This document shows positions 1 to 16,895 of a stretch of DNA of 64,000 bases, piece by piece. Under the pieces are notes generated by a model. The model was not told where the DNA came from. It worked only from the letters and a program-made list of their open reading frames with translations, and searched no databases. A program made the position numbers and the translations under genes. The stretch comes from the human T2T-CHM13v2.0 reference genome, Homo sapiens. The number at the start of each line of letters is the position of its first letter. The first letter of the stretch is position 1. The stretch lies in assembly GCF_009914755.1 (NCBI RefSeq), contig NC_060925.1; one strand, 5' to 3'.

Positions 1-200
<200 letters not shown>

Positions 201-208
201 ATATTTTT

Positions 209-4628
<4,420 letters not shown>

Positions 4629-5884
4629 TCAACTCTCTTTGGTTAACAGGTTTGCATTGAAAGTTAAACAGTGATTTGAATTTACATTAGTGCCAATTTT
4701 GCTTCAATTTTATGGCGGCATTATTTGTACCCTGTTGAATGGTGAGATGAATTTTCTATTAATGCTAATTCGCCCCTGTCCCCATGAAAGTAAAACTAGA
4801 TTAAATAAACTGTAATAATTTTCATAGAAAATAGTAGACTTATTATTTGGAGTGTGGTGTTTCCCCAGCCAAGCTCTTAAGATTGTGCAACATTTTACTT
4901 GGTTTTATTCCATGGTTTAGGCTGGCACTGACCCAACCAGTGCTCTTGAAAACACATGCTGAAGGTCACATTAGGGAAGAATATGAGTGGGTGAGTGAGT
5001 CAGTGCATGTCCACTAACTCCTCTAGAATAAACAAATATCTGTCTGACCAGGTATTAATCAACTTAGTAGGTGGAAAGCTTATTTAAAAAAAGAATTCCT
5101 TCTAGATGCCAGCAGAAAATAGGTTACCAAAGAACTGATTTGGCCAAAACTTTTCCTATAGAATTACTAAAGGTTAAAACACTTACTACATTCTAAATTA
5201 AAAGAATTATCTACTGCTAGAAGTTTCTGGAAGCCATATTCCTTAGGAACAACTCAAATCTTTGGCCTCAATGTAATTTATCAAAGTGTCTTTCCCCAAA
5301 TCTCACTGTTACCAGTAAATTACACCATATTACTCATTCCTAAGGCAGATGAGAAATGTCATCCCATTATTGCCTTATATTTCCTAGAGTGAACTGACCA
5401 GTTGTATATTGGTAATTGCATAAATTCCTTGAGGGCAGGAACTATGCCTGGTGAAGTTATAGACATATCATACATATGTAATGAATATTTACTGAATTTT
5501 ACATCATGACAAATTCTACCACAATTTCATGAGAACTTAAAAAATAAGTTTGCAAGAAAATATTTTATAATGGTGGTACATATTGAGACCATTTTAGAAG
5601 ACTACTGTGTTACACAACACTGTTACCTAAGAGGAAAATAAATTGGCATGTAGTTATCCAAACTCAGTAATCATTTTTAGGGTAAATGATGAGATCACAC
5701 TATATTAACATATTTATTAATGATGATCATAAAGCAATACTTCCACAAAAATAATCACCACAAACTTAGAGTGAAGTGAGTATAAGGTGATTTACTAACA
5801 GATGCTCAATGAGGATCAAATAAATACAAGAAATTGTAAAATTTAAAATTGTGAGCATCCAAATGTTAGCATAAAATTCATTTT

Positions 5885-6680
5885 CCTTTCACATTTTATT
5901 TTGAAAGTTTTGAAATCAACAGAAAAGATGCAAAAATAATATAACATCCATAGACTCCTTGTCTCGATTCCTCAATGTTAACCTTTTTTAATTTTATTTT
6001 TATTTTTATTATACTTTAAGTTCTAGGGTACATGTGCACAATGTGCAGGTTTGTTACATATGTATACATGTGCCATGTTGGTGTGCTGCATCCATTAACT
6101 CACCATTTACATTAGGTATACCTCCTAATGCTATCCCTCCCCCCTCCCCCCACCCCATGACAGGCCCTGGTGTGTGATGTTCCCCTTCCTGTGTCCATGT
6201 GTTCTCATTGTTCAATTCCCACCTATGAGTGAGAACATATGGTGTTTGTTTTTTTGTCCTTGCGACAGTTTCCTGAGAATGATGGTTTCCAGCTTCATCC
6301 ATGTCCCTACAAAGGACATTAACTCATCCTTTTTTATGGCTGCATAGTATTCCATGGTGTATATGTGCCACATTTTCTTAATCCAGTCTATCATTGATGG
6401 ACATTTGGGTTGGTTCCAAGTCTTTCCTATATTTGATTTTCTTACAGTGTGTATGTGTTTGTGTGTGTTGAACCCTTTAACAATTATTTGCAGTTATTTA
6501 TTATTATTTAACAATTATTTGCAGTTCATCCCTAAATACCAAAGTGTATATCTCCTAAGAAAAAAGGCATTTTTCCTATATAACAATAATACAATGATCT
6601 CATTGAGGAAACAACATACAATGTAATATAGAGTTCATTTTCAAATTTTCCCAATTATGCCAATAATGTCCTTTGTATCT
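5885..6680 (-). mobile_element. Old L1M (L1MC-like) 3' end, interrupted by a younger L1PA
   Basis: ttttattttgaaagttttgaaatcaacagaaaagatgcaa... and cctaagaaaaaggcatttttcctatataac resemble L1MC 3' ends. Confidence 0.55.
5984..6425 (-). mobile_element. L1PA (about PA5) 3' end, 5'-truncated
   Basis: ttattatactttaagttctagggtacatgtgcac; ORF2 C-terminus [12 protein letters not shown]...LIGGN. Confidence 0.92.
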
Positions 6681-6683
6681 TTT

Positions 6684-7016
6684 GCTTCTTTCTTTCCTTC
6701 TTTCTTTCTTTCTTTTTTTTTTTTTTTTTTTTTTTTTGATAGAGTCTCATTCTGTTGCCCAGGCTGGAATGCAGTGGTGCGACCTCGGCTCTCTGCACTT
6801 CCACCTCCTGGGTTCAAGTGATTCTCCTGCCTCAGCCTCTTGAGTAGCTGGTTTTACAGGCACACACCACCACACTTGGCTAATATTTGTATTTTTAGTA
6901 GAGATGGGCTTTTGCCATGTTGGCCAGGCTGGTCTCGAACTCCTGATCTCAAGTGATCTGCCCGCATCAGCCTCCCAAAGTGCTGAGATTGTAGGCATGA
7001 GCCACTGCACCCAGCC
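6684..7016 (-). mobile_element. AluS
   Basis: Full dimer with T-rich tail. Confidence 0.93.
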
Positions 7017-7824
7017 TCTTTTTATTTTTTTTAAGTTTTCCTAAGATTCAATCACTAATCACACACTGCAATTAGTTGCCTCTTTAGTCTCCTTTATCCT
7101 GGAAGAGTTTCCCAGACTCTTTTATTTTTCATAGCATTGGCATATTTGAAGGCCCAGACCAGTTGTTTTCCAGAATAACAATTTGGATATTTTAGATAAT
7201 CAGATAAAGTTTATGTAATCTGAACAAGAATGCTGTACAGATGAAAGTGTGTCTTTCCTGGTATATCCCAGAAGGGGCAACTGATATCAGTTTCTCACCT
7301 CCTACTTCCCTTCTATGTCCCCTGTAGGCAAACTGTGGTATTACCCATCTCCTGAATCCATCAGGGGCTTTATTTTCCTTGGCCTCTGATGATACAGGCT
7401 TCCCTTTAGAAAAACCTCTTTCCACTTTTTCTCTAACTTTTCAAGGCTTCCATTTGTTCACTGCTCAATTCAAATATCTCCCCTTACCATAAAATATTCT
7501 ATACTATGAATAGTATTCTATTCATATTCATATTTGCATACTATTCAAATAACAATATGAATAGTATTCTATTCATATTCATATTCGAATAGAATACTAT
7601 TCATATTTGTATAGAATACTATTCAAATTGTTATTCTGGAAAACTGGTCTGGGACTTCAAACATGCCAATGTCATATGTCTTGTCATCCTGCTAGCCTGC
7701 ATGCCTGCTGGCCTATTCATAGCATAGATATTTTATGGTAAGGGGTGATATTTGAATTGATACTATACTCCCTCAAGTTGCATCATATCTCCCTCTTCAA
7801 ACGTCTTTTAGTTTTTTAAATACA

Positions 7825-8186
7825 CTATTATGGACTGAGTTAGGTCCCCTCAAAATTCACATGTTGAAGTTATAAAACTCAGAATGTGAATGCATTTAGA
7901 AATAGAGTCTGTAAAGCGATGATAATTAAAAATAAATAAGCAAAGTGGGCCCTAATATGACTAATGTCCAATCAGAAGAGAAAATTAGGGCATAAACATG
8001 TATAGAGGGAGGACCATGTGAATACACAAGGTGAAGACAAGGAGAGAGGCCTCTTAAGAAATCAACCTTGCTAACACCCTCATCTAAGGCTTCTAGCCTC
8101 CAGAATTGTGAGAAAATAAATTTCTATTGTGTAAGCCATCCAGTCTGTGGTATACTTTGTTACAGCAGCCCTATCAAGCAAACACA
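7825..8186 (+). mobile_element. MLT1B-like MaLR LTR
   Basis: tatggactgag...caaaattcacatgttgaag...ctagcctccagaattgtgagaaaataaatttctattg. Confidence 0.8.
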
Positions 8187-8845
8187 TGCACTCAGTGCTT
8201 TAATCTAATGAATGACTTGGTAGTTACACGTGTATAGATACTAATGTTATAATTACCATATGCCTAGTGATCCTGCTGGCCTGCCATCCCACTGAGAGCA
8301 GCAACTATGGACCTAGAATTCCCCACATCTGGGTTTCATTTCCCACAGAGCTCATCAGGATCCTGTGCACTCAGTAAACAATAATTTGATGGTCCTTGAT
8401 GGATGACTAAATTTAAATTACCTTAGGAAAAAAATCAATCCTATAATTAATTGCCCCATTGTTTATAAGAATTCATCCATGACACATGTTTTTAATTTAC
8501 CCCTTACCCTCTGAGTGTCATGTAACTCTCCAGAGATTTTCTCTTCCTCTCTATAAAACTACTTCTTAAAAGTTTTTAATTCTTAAGGAAATTTTTAGAA
8601 TTTAAGAAAGAAAAAAAAAAATCCAGTTTACTAAGTGCCTATTCTTTCTTCAAAACAGTTTTCTCTATTTTCTAAAAATATGTCAAGTTGACTTAAAATA
8701 ATCATAATAAAAATGACAAAAATTAAGACAATAAAGAATATCATGTTATTTCAAGTAAATGTAGTATTTATTTGTATTAGTTTGTACATAAATTTCCAGA
8801 GAAATCAAGGCTTTATAGCTGCACTCGGTTTGCATTGATACTTAC

Positions 8846-9002
8846 CTCTGCTTTTAGTGTAGGAGACATTTTCCAGTGGTAAACACTGCTTTATATCTTC
8901 AGGCTCATTAATCCCCAGCATCAGTGTGCCTCATCACAGATGAGAAAATGCAGGAGGTTCCTGTTTGGGGCCTTGCTGTCATGGTTTCTTGTTGCTAGCA
9001 AC
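8846..9002 (-). promoter_or_regulatory. Candidate RFX (X-box)/forkhead promoter and first exon of a minus-strand transcript
   Basis: Palindromic X-box GTTGCTAGCAAC 8991-9002; degenerate X-box 8975-8988; GTAAACA 8879-8885; perfect minus-strand donor CAGAG|GTAAGT with the exon ending at 8846; non-repeat sequence. Confidence 0.55.
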
Positions 9003-9020
9003 ACACAGAAGCATGACCAG

Positions 9021-9038
9021 CTGCTGCTGCTGCTGCTG
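9021..9038. repeat. (CTG)6 trinucleotide
   Basis: ctgctgctgctgctgctg. Confidence 0.9.
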
Positions 9039-9609
9039 TTCCTGTTAGTCTGCTAACTAAATATGGGTGAATTTTTCTATGAGTCAGTATTTCTACACTG
9101 TCAATAACAATGTGTGTGTGTGTTTCAATTAAGGCCTGATTGTTAAGTCACTAAGGATCGACTGAATCCAATTCTAACATGAATAATCTTCAAAATTTGG
9201 CTTATGGTGTGCCATAGATGTCCAGCTAAACTGAATATAATCCTCAGGCATGAATTATGTTAAGAAAATTACTGCTGATTGAAGCTATCGTTCATGGATT
9301 AACTCACACTTAATAAAAAGCTATGTTCCTTTGATATCTTTTCAGGTTTAGTCCAGATTTGGCGGGAGTAGGTAGAGGGATGTTCTGTGGTCTTGTAAAA
9401 TTGGGAAGCATTAAGAAATACAAAATTAAACATATTCCAATAATACATAAAGTTTTAGAGACTAATTAATGTCAATTTGTATCATGACTCTCCTAAAAGG
9501 GAATAGAGAATTTTATAATTCTAACACTCATTTGGAGTAACTTATGGCAACTACAGAAAATATGGTTTAAGACACACAGGAGTTCCATATGTATTTGCAA
9601 GTAATTTGA

Positions 9610-9840
9610 GATGCAGTATCATATGATGCAGAGTTAGAGGCAGAAGACCTGAATTCTTCTCTTACCTCTGTCAAGAATTAGCTGTGTGAACTTGGGGAGG
9701 CCTGGGGAAAGTCATTTTTATCCCATGTCTCATTTTTAAATTTGTAAAATGGAGATAAACTTATAAGGCTATTGTGAAAATTAAATTAATAAATGCATAG
9801 TGAAATTACTGTGTAAAATGAAAATCACTATATGAATATG
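9610..9840 (+). mobile_element. MIR SINE
   Basis: tagctgtgtgaacttggg...catttttaaatttgtaaaatggagataa core. Confidence 0.65.
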
Positions 9841-10176
9841 AGTTGATATTCCATTTATAAGATGCCGCTTACATTTCCTTCAGGATTTATAGTACTTGCT
9901 GTCTCTGATTAAAAGTTGTCCTACTCTCTGGCTCTAAAATACTGCAAAATGAAGCAATCTTCTATCTGATATAGTCATCTAATTACAAGTCCAGGTCAAG
10001 CAAAATAAGACAATGTTTGAAAGTTTTTCTGATTTTTGAATTTAAAGAAATACTTTCAAATAAAGACTATAACTATAAATTTGCTTTTATTTTGAAACCA
10101 TAGAATGATAAAATAAAAATTATTAGGATGGTTACTTATGGCAAAAGACACAGGGACAGAAGATGGATGTCTCTGA

Positions 10177-10179
<3 letters not shown>

Positions 10180-10216
<37 letters not shown>

Positions 10217-10268
10217 TTACATAGACATGTATACATATTTGTATACATATGTACACATACACACACAC
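10180..10268. repeat. (TG)n/(TA,CA)n low-complexity microsatellite
   Basis: Direct. Confidence 0.9.
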
Positions 10269-10369
10269 TTTGGAACCCTGTAAATGCTTTATGCTCTATC
10301 TATGTAATCAAAAACTGTGATTATTTCAAAAATAAAAGCTAAGCAGTTACTCAAAATTTTTTGAAGTAA

Positions 10370-13030
10370 AGGGATCTAACTGCATATCAAATTGTTGACA
10401 AAACCACACAGGGAAAAATTATTTCGAGTGACTTTAAAACGCAGGGTTTTTTTACTATCACTAGTGAGATATATCCCAAGTATGAAAATCTCCACAAAGA
10501 AATCACAAGCTTTATTCGGCAGCATTATTGTTAATGATAATAATGTTTGTATTGTTATTTTGAAATTACTATATGTATATGGTATAAGATAAATAAGTAT
10601 GTACATGTAATTAGGAACCAAGAGTTTCAATTTAAGAAAATTTGGGGAGAAAAGGTATAAAAGCAAAATAATAGAGGTATAGAATTATCAAGGTAGAACA
10701 ACATAAATTAAGACATGTAATTATATATTTAAATATAAATATTAACATGAACACATGATTTTTCCTTTTTCTAAAATATATAGACCTTGAATTTATTTTT
10801 AAAATACATAACTTGAATTTATTTTTTTAGATACATATTACATAACTACCTCTTCACTGAAAAGCTACAGAAGCAGTGGCAAACCAGTAGTAATGACCAC
10901 CCCTGGGGCCCAGATTCAGGTCTCTAAACTTTAATTCTGTCCTCAGGGAACTGATTGTTTCCAGGACTGGCTGGACAATATGTTGAATAAGTCTGGAACA
11001 TCTTGTTGTGCTGAAAAGCAAGAAAGCAATCAAGGATTACAGGGAACATGTCAAAGAGACAGAGAACCCAATTAGAGCAGCTCCCACTGGCGAAACTGTG
11101 GAACAGTTGGAGCAACAATAAAAATGACTGGAAAGGTCATATATATCCATAAGTTACTAATTATACAAAAACAAAACACACACGCACATACACACTCATT
11201 GGTCACCTTTGATAATTACTAGAAAATTTCAAATACTGATTTTAAAAAGAGAAAGCATTATGGATTGTTTGTTCTGTCTTTCCTGTGTGTAGTGTATTTC
11301 ATGCTGTTTTCCCAAGGTAATTGTTCAGTATAAAATCCTGTTTTCTCAACTGAAGATGACTCAGAAGTCTACCAGAGCACTGAACTCTCTGTGGGATCAG
11401 CTGAAGCCATTGCTGAAATTGTATCACAGGTCAATTCCTCCCTCTGCCCACTCCTGTTCCCAAGGGCACTCCCTAGTCAGTATCCTGGATGCTAACCTCC
11501 ATGACAGTTTGCTTCCCAAGAAATCTAACCTGTTGCAAGCAGTTATTGTCATGTGTGGTTTAAGAAAGCAAAACCTAAAATAAGGTTTTAGAGCTGAATT
11601 AACCTGCTCCAGAGCTGGCAATGAGGAGCCTACCGCTGATGGCAGGTGGAGCACAAATAGCCTCTGGCACAAGATACCAATGCAAATGGTAATATTTTCA
11701 CTAGGTTGGTGCACTGCTGAAGAGAAATGCATTAGCTAGTGCAATGTGTCAAATTGTGAAACATGGGGGAGTAGTAATTATAAGGAGACTTGAGTGAGCT
11801 CAAGTAACACTCTGGGAAGAAAGATGAAAACTAAGAGTGATTAATTTACAAATAAAAGTTAAGTGTAAAAGTCATAGGTCACCTTGGTCAGAGAGAGAGA
11901 GAGACTGGAGGAAGAGGAGTCATGTCTTTTCTCCTAAGGTGGGAAGGCAGACTGTACAGAAAAAGCTGATGACGAGGCCTATAAAAGTAGCAAAACTCCA
12001 AAAAAGGTTAAACTTCCAACCAAGGCAGGTCTGCAACACCAACATCAGGTTTCTGTCTGGGAAAAAAGTATGATCTTGACACATGAGGTAGGGAGAGCTA
12101 GGTTGGTGTATCTGAACATCTTGAACTCTCTTCCAAAAAATATTGATCCCAAAAGCAATGCTTACTAAATGCCCTCCACTTATCTCCATCTCAATGTCTG
12201 CCTTTCAGGAAAATCAATCTGCCATAGTAACCAAATACCTAATGAAAATCTTCTCCATGGAAGAATTCTAGCTAATAAATGTAAAAAGATTATAGAATTA
12301 GTAAATCACCATTGGCAAACTGTAATGAAATTATCTGGCCTCTCATCACTATATAACAAGCAACACATTAACCTACTGATCAATCTTAACATCACTAAAA
12401 GTGAAACTCAATAATATGCCCCCTACATGCCCCTGATGCAATGAAAGATGCTATGTATAGCACCACCTATAAAGTATTTTTTCCGAAGTTGAATCTGAAT
12501 CTAATCAAGTCTATCAATTGTCAACTTACAGGAAATATGGGTGATAGAGATACAACCACCATACCTAGAGGTAGAAAAATAATAAACTAGTATCTTCAAC
12601 AAATATATGACATTATTTTAAAAAGCCATTTAGAGACATATTAACTAAATACAATATGTGGTCTGTGTTTGGATCTTGATTCAAAAAACTGTAAAAAGAC
12701 ATGTTTTTAGATAAAAGAAGAAAATAGAACATTGGGCCACTTATTGGATGATGTGACATTATTTGTAAAATGTTGTTATTCGTGATGAAATACTGCTAAG
12801 CTAAGCCTTTTTTATAATTATCTATTAAAGATGTATATTGTAATATTTATAGGTGAAATTATGCAATATCTGTTATGTGGTTTATAATAATCTAGAGAAA
12901 ACTCATATATAAGATAGGGTATAGACAAATAAGAATGGGAAAATGTTGATAATTGTTGAGCTGGGTGATGGGTAGATAGGAATTCATTATATTGTCAACT
13001 TTAGTACACATTTAAAATGTTCCAAAATAA
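10370..13030 (+). mobile_element. Old L1MC-like 3' region fragments (10370-11330, 12240-13030)
   Basis: ggaacatcttgttgtgctgaaaagcaag; ctgggtgatgggtagataggaattcattat...tccaaaataa tail. Confidence 0.5.
11345..12230 (+). mobile_element. LTR16-like ERVL LTR end plus internal fragment
   Basis: caattcctccctctgcccactcctg...cccaagggcactccc...tttgcttcccaagaaatctaacct followed by an ERVL-like leader. Confidence 0.45.
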
Positions 13031-13134
13031 GTTTCTAATAATTATTTACATCTTTAATGTTACTCTACATATAATACCAAATCAAAAGATTGAGTTAAGA
13101 ATTTATGAGGTAATTAAGTTTAAGAAATATTAGA

Positions 13135-13666
13135 ATTTTAGGAAAATCTCTTCAGGGCATTAGCCTATGCAAAGAATTTATGACAAAGACCCCAAAAACA
13201 AATGCAAGAAAAACAAAAATAGATACATGGGACTAAACTAAACTAAAAAGCTTCTGGATAGCAAAAGAAATAACCAACAAAATAAATAGACTACCTATAG
13301 AGCGGGGGAAAATATTTGCAAATTATGTCCCTGGCAAAGGACTAATATCCAGAATTCACAAGGAACTGAAATAACTCAAGAAAAAAGGAAACCACCCCAT
13401 TAAAAACTGGGCAAGGGACATGAACAGACATTTCGCAAAAGAAAAAATACAAATGGCCAACAAACTCATGAAAAAATGCTCAATATCACTAATCACCCGA
13501 GAAATGCAAATTAAAAACACATTAAAATATCATCTTACATCAGTCAGAATGGCTTCTATTAAAAAGTCAAAAAACAAAAGATGGTGTAGATGCGGGGATA
13601 AGGGAATGCTTATATACTGTTGGTGGGAATATAAATTAGTTCAACCTCTACAGAAAATAGTATGGA
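13135..13666 (+). mobile_element. L1PB/L1MA ORF2 3' fragment
   Basis: [24 protein letters not shown]...[12 protein letters not shown]. Confidence 0.85.
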
Positions 13667-13909
13667 GGCCAGGCTCGGTGGCTCATGCCTATAATCCCAG
13701 CACTTTGGGGGGCTGAGGTGGGTGGATCACTTGAAATCAGGCATTTGAGACGAGCCTGGCCAATGTGGTGAAACCCCATCTCTACTAATATTTTAAAAAA
13801 TAGCCAGGCATGGTGGTGCATGCCTGTAATCCCAGCTACTAGGGAACCTGAAGCAGGAGAATCACTGGAACCTGGGGGCCAGAGGTTGCAGCGAGCCAAG
13901 ATCCCACCA
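13667..13909 (+). mobile_element. AluS, 3'-truncated
   Basis: ggccaggctcggtggctcatgcctataatccc...gagccaagatcccacca. Confidence 0.9.
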
Positions 13910-13994
13910 GGTCTCAAACTCCTGGTCTCAAGTGATCCTCCCATCTTGGCCTCCCAAAGTTTGGGATTACAGGCATCGACCACCACACCCAGTC
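13910..13994 (-). mobile_element. Alu left-arm fragment fused in opposite orientation
   Basis: ggtctcaaactcctggtctcaagtgatcctcccatcttggcctcccaaagt. Confidence 0.88.
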
Positions 13995-15765
13995 TTGTAG
14001 CTTAAATAAAAATATAAAAAGTGAAAGCTTAAAGGAAAAAATATATATGTGCTAAGCAAAGGGTGAGCACATGAAATTCGGTGTGGCTATATTAATATCA
14101 GATAAGAAATGCAAGCAAGGAAGGAGATAGATATTAAAAGAGATATTTGGTAATGATAAAAGGGACTATGCATCATGAAGATTTAACAATCATAAATGCA
14201 TATGGATCTAATGACAGAATTCAAAATACGTGAAACAAAAATCATGGAAATAGAGGTAATAATAGACCAACAACTATAGTTGGGGATTATAAAATCTTTT
14301 TGTGCATAAAAGAACAAGTAGAGTTTTAAAACTAAGTATCAACATAGACAGTCTAAACCATACTCTCAACTAACTTGATTTAACTGACATTTATAAAACA
14401 CTTTCTTTTCAAGTGCACATGGAACTTTCATCAAGAGAGACCATGTGAAATACTATAAAATACATTTCAGGAAATCCTAAAAACTTAAGACTTATAGAAT
14501 GTTTTTTTGAGCACAATGGAATTAAACTATAAATCAGTAACAGTAAGTCTAAAAAAGCCTCCAAATATTTAAAAATGAAACAACAATCCTATAACAGAGA
14601 TTATAAATAAATCATGCAGAAATTAGAAAATATTTTAGACCTGATAATAAAAAATATAATATGTTGAAATTTATGGGATTCAGCTAAAAACGTACTTAGG
14701 AGAAATGTTTAGCTTTAAATGGATATCAGAATTTTTTAAAAATTTTAAATCAATTATTTAACCTTTCATCTAAATAAGCTAGGAAAAAAGACCCTATTAA
14801 AACCAAAGTAGAAGAAAGGAAATAATAAAAATTAAATCAGACCAATTAAATAGAAAACTAACAATAATTAGAGTCAAAAAGTGGTTCTTTGAAAACATTG
14901 ATAAAATTGATTGATCTCTCTCAAGATTGACCATGAAAAAGACAGAAAATACAAGTTTTCAATAGCAGTAAAAAAAGGAGGAAATAGACATATATTGGCA
15001 GTAAACAGTATTATTTCTGTGTAGAGATCTTTCATATTTTGTGTTAGATTTATTGGTAGATATTTGATTTTTTCCATGCTATTATAGATAGTAGTACTGT
15101 TTATAATAAAATGTAATAAAATACTGTTTATAATAAAATAAAAAATCAAATATCTATTAATAAATCTAACAAGAATAGAAAAGATCTCTACACTGAAAAT
15201 AATACCTAGCTGAGAAAAAATAAAGACCTAAATAAATAGATATTTTATATATGTAACATAGAAAATGTCTTATTGTTAATACATTTTTTCTACCCTAATT
15301 AACCTGTTCAACACAATCCCAATCAAAATCTCTGTATGCTTTTTAGAAGAAATTATGAAAGTGATTATAAAATTTATATGAAGTGCAAAGGATCTAGACT
15401 AGTCTGATTGATCTTAAAACACAAGAATAAAGTTGGGGACTTATACTACTCCATTTCAAAACTTAATAAAAAGGTACTGTGATCATGACAGTTTAATATT
15501 GGCATAAGAACAAAGTTTAATATTGGCATAAGAACAAATAGTTCTTAATACAAAGGTACTGTGATCATGACAGATTAATATGGGCATAAGAACAAATAGT
15601 CCTCCAGCTACTGGACAAATATTTGAAAAATATTAAACTTTGATTTCTATCACAATCACATTCAGTACAAATGTTTGTATATTAAGATGAATCATAGACC
15701 TATTCATAAGGGCTGGAACTATCAAGCTTTTATGAAAAATGAAAAAAAATATTTTTGTAACCTTA

Positions 15766-16212
15766 AGTTTGTGAGTTAAAATGTATCTCTGAAAAGGACA
15801 TGTTCAAGTCCTAACCCCAAATATTTATAAATATTACCTTAGACGGAAATAGAGTCTTTTCAGATATAATTAGTTAAGTTAAAATGAGGTCATACTAGAG
15901 TATGGCAGGCCCTAATCCAATATGATTGGGATCCTTATAAGATGAAGAGAACGGACACAGACACACACAGGGGAGAATGTCTTATGAAGACAGAGGCAGA
16001 AATTACAATGGAATGCCAATGATTCCCAATAACCACTAACGTTACAAGAAGCACATGAAATGGATTCTCCCTCAGAACTTCCAAAATAAACTAACCCTGA
16101 AAACTCCTGGATTTCAGACTTGTAGCCTGCAGAACTATAAGAGAATAGTTTTGTTTTGGTAAGCCAGCCAGTTCACAGTGCTTTGTTACAGCACCTCTAT
16201 AAAACTAATATA
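15766..16212 (+). mobile_element. MLT1C-like MaLR LTR
   Basis: gttaaaatgaggtcatactagag...gcctgcagaactataagagaata...ctaatata. Confidence 0.75.
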
Positions 16213-16895
16213 CTTTGGCAAAAATTTCTTAAACAGGATATGAAAAGCACCAAAGAAAAAATATATGTATTTCATAAATATACACTTCATAAAAGTTTTT
16301 GTTCATCAAAAGTTACCATGTAGAAAATAAATAGGCAAGGCAAAAACAGCAACACATATGACTAGCAAAAGATGTATACCCAGAATACACAAAGAACTCC
16401 TCTAAATCTAAAACTTTTTTAAATGAGCAAATACTTGACCAGACATTGTATATTAAGATGAATCACAGACCTAATCATAAAAGCTTAAACTATCAAGCTT
16501 TTGCAAAAAATAATGGAAAAATGTATTCATACAAAAATGAATCTTCTTCATAAAGGAGGTATTAGTAAAAATGAGCATATGAAAAGTTGTTCACCATCAT
16601 TATTCATCAGGTAAATGCAAATTAAAACCACAGTGATCTATATTTCAGACCCACTGTGATGGGTAAAATCAAATATTGCTGAGGATGGAGAGCACCTGCG
16701 CTTCTCATATATTGCTGCTGGAATTGTAAAATAGTAGAACTGCTTTACATAACTATTTCATAGTGGATTATAAAAGCAAACACCTACTCTACGAGACAGC
16801 AATTTCATTCTAAAAAAAATAAAACATTTGTTCATTAAGCAAATGTGTATATTCACAGAAGCTTAATTCATTACTGCCAAAAACTGGAAACAACC

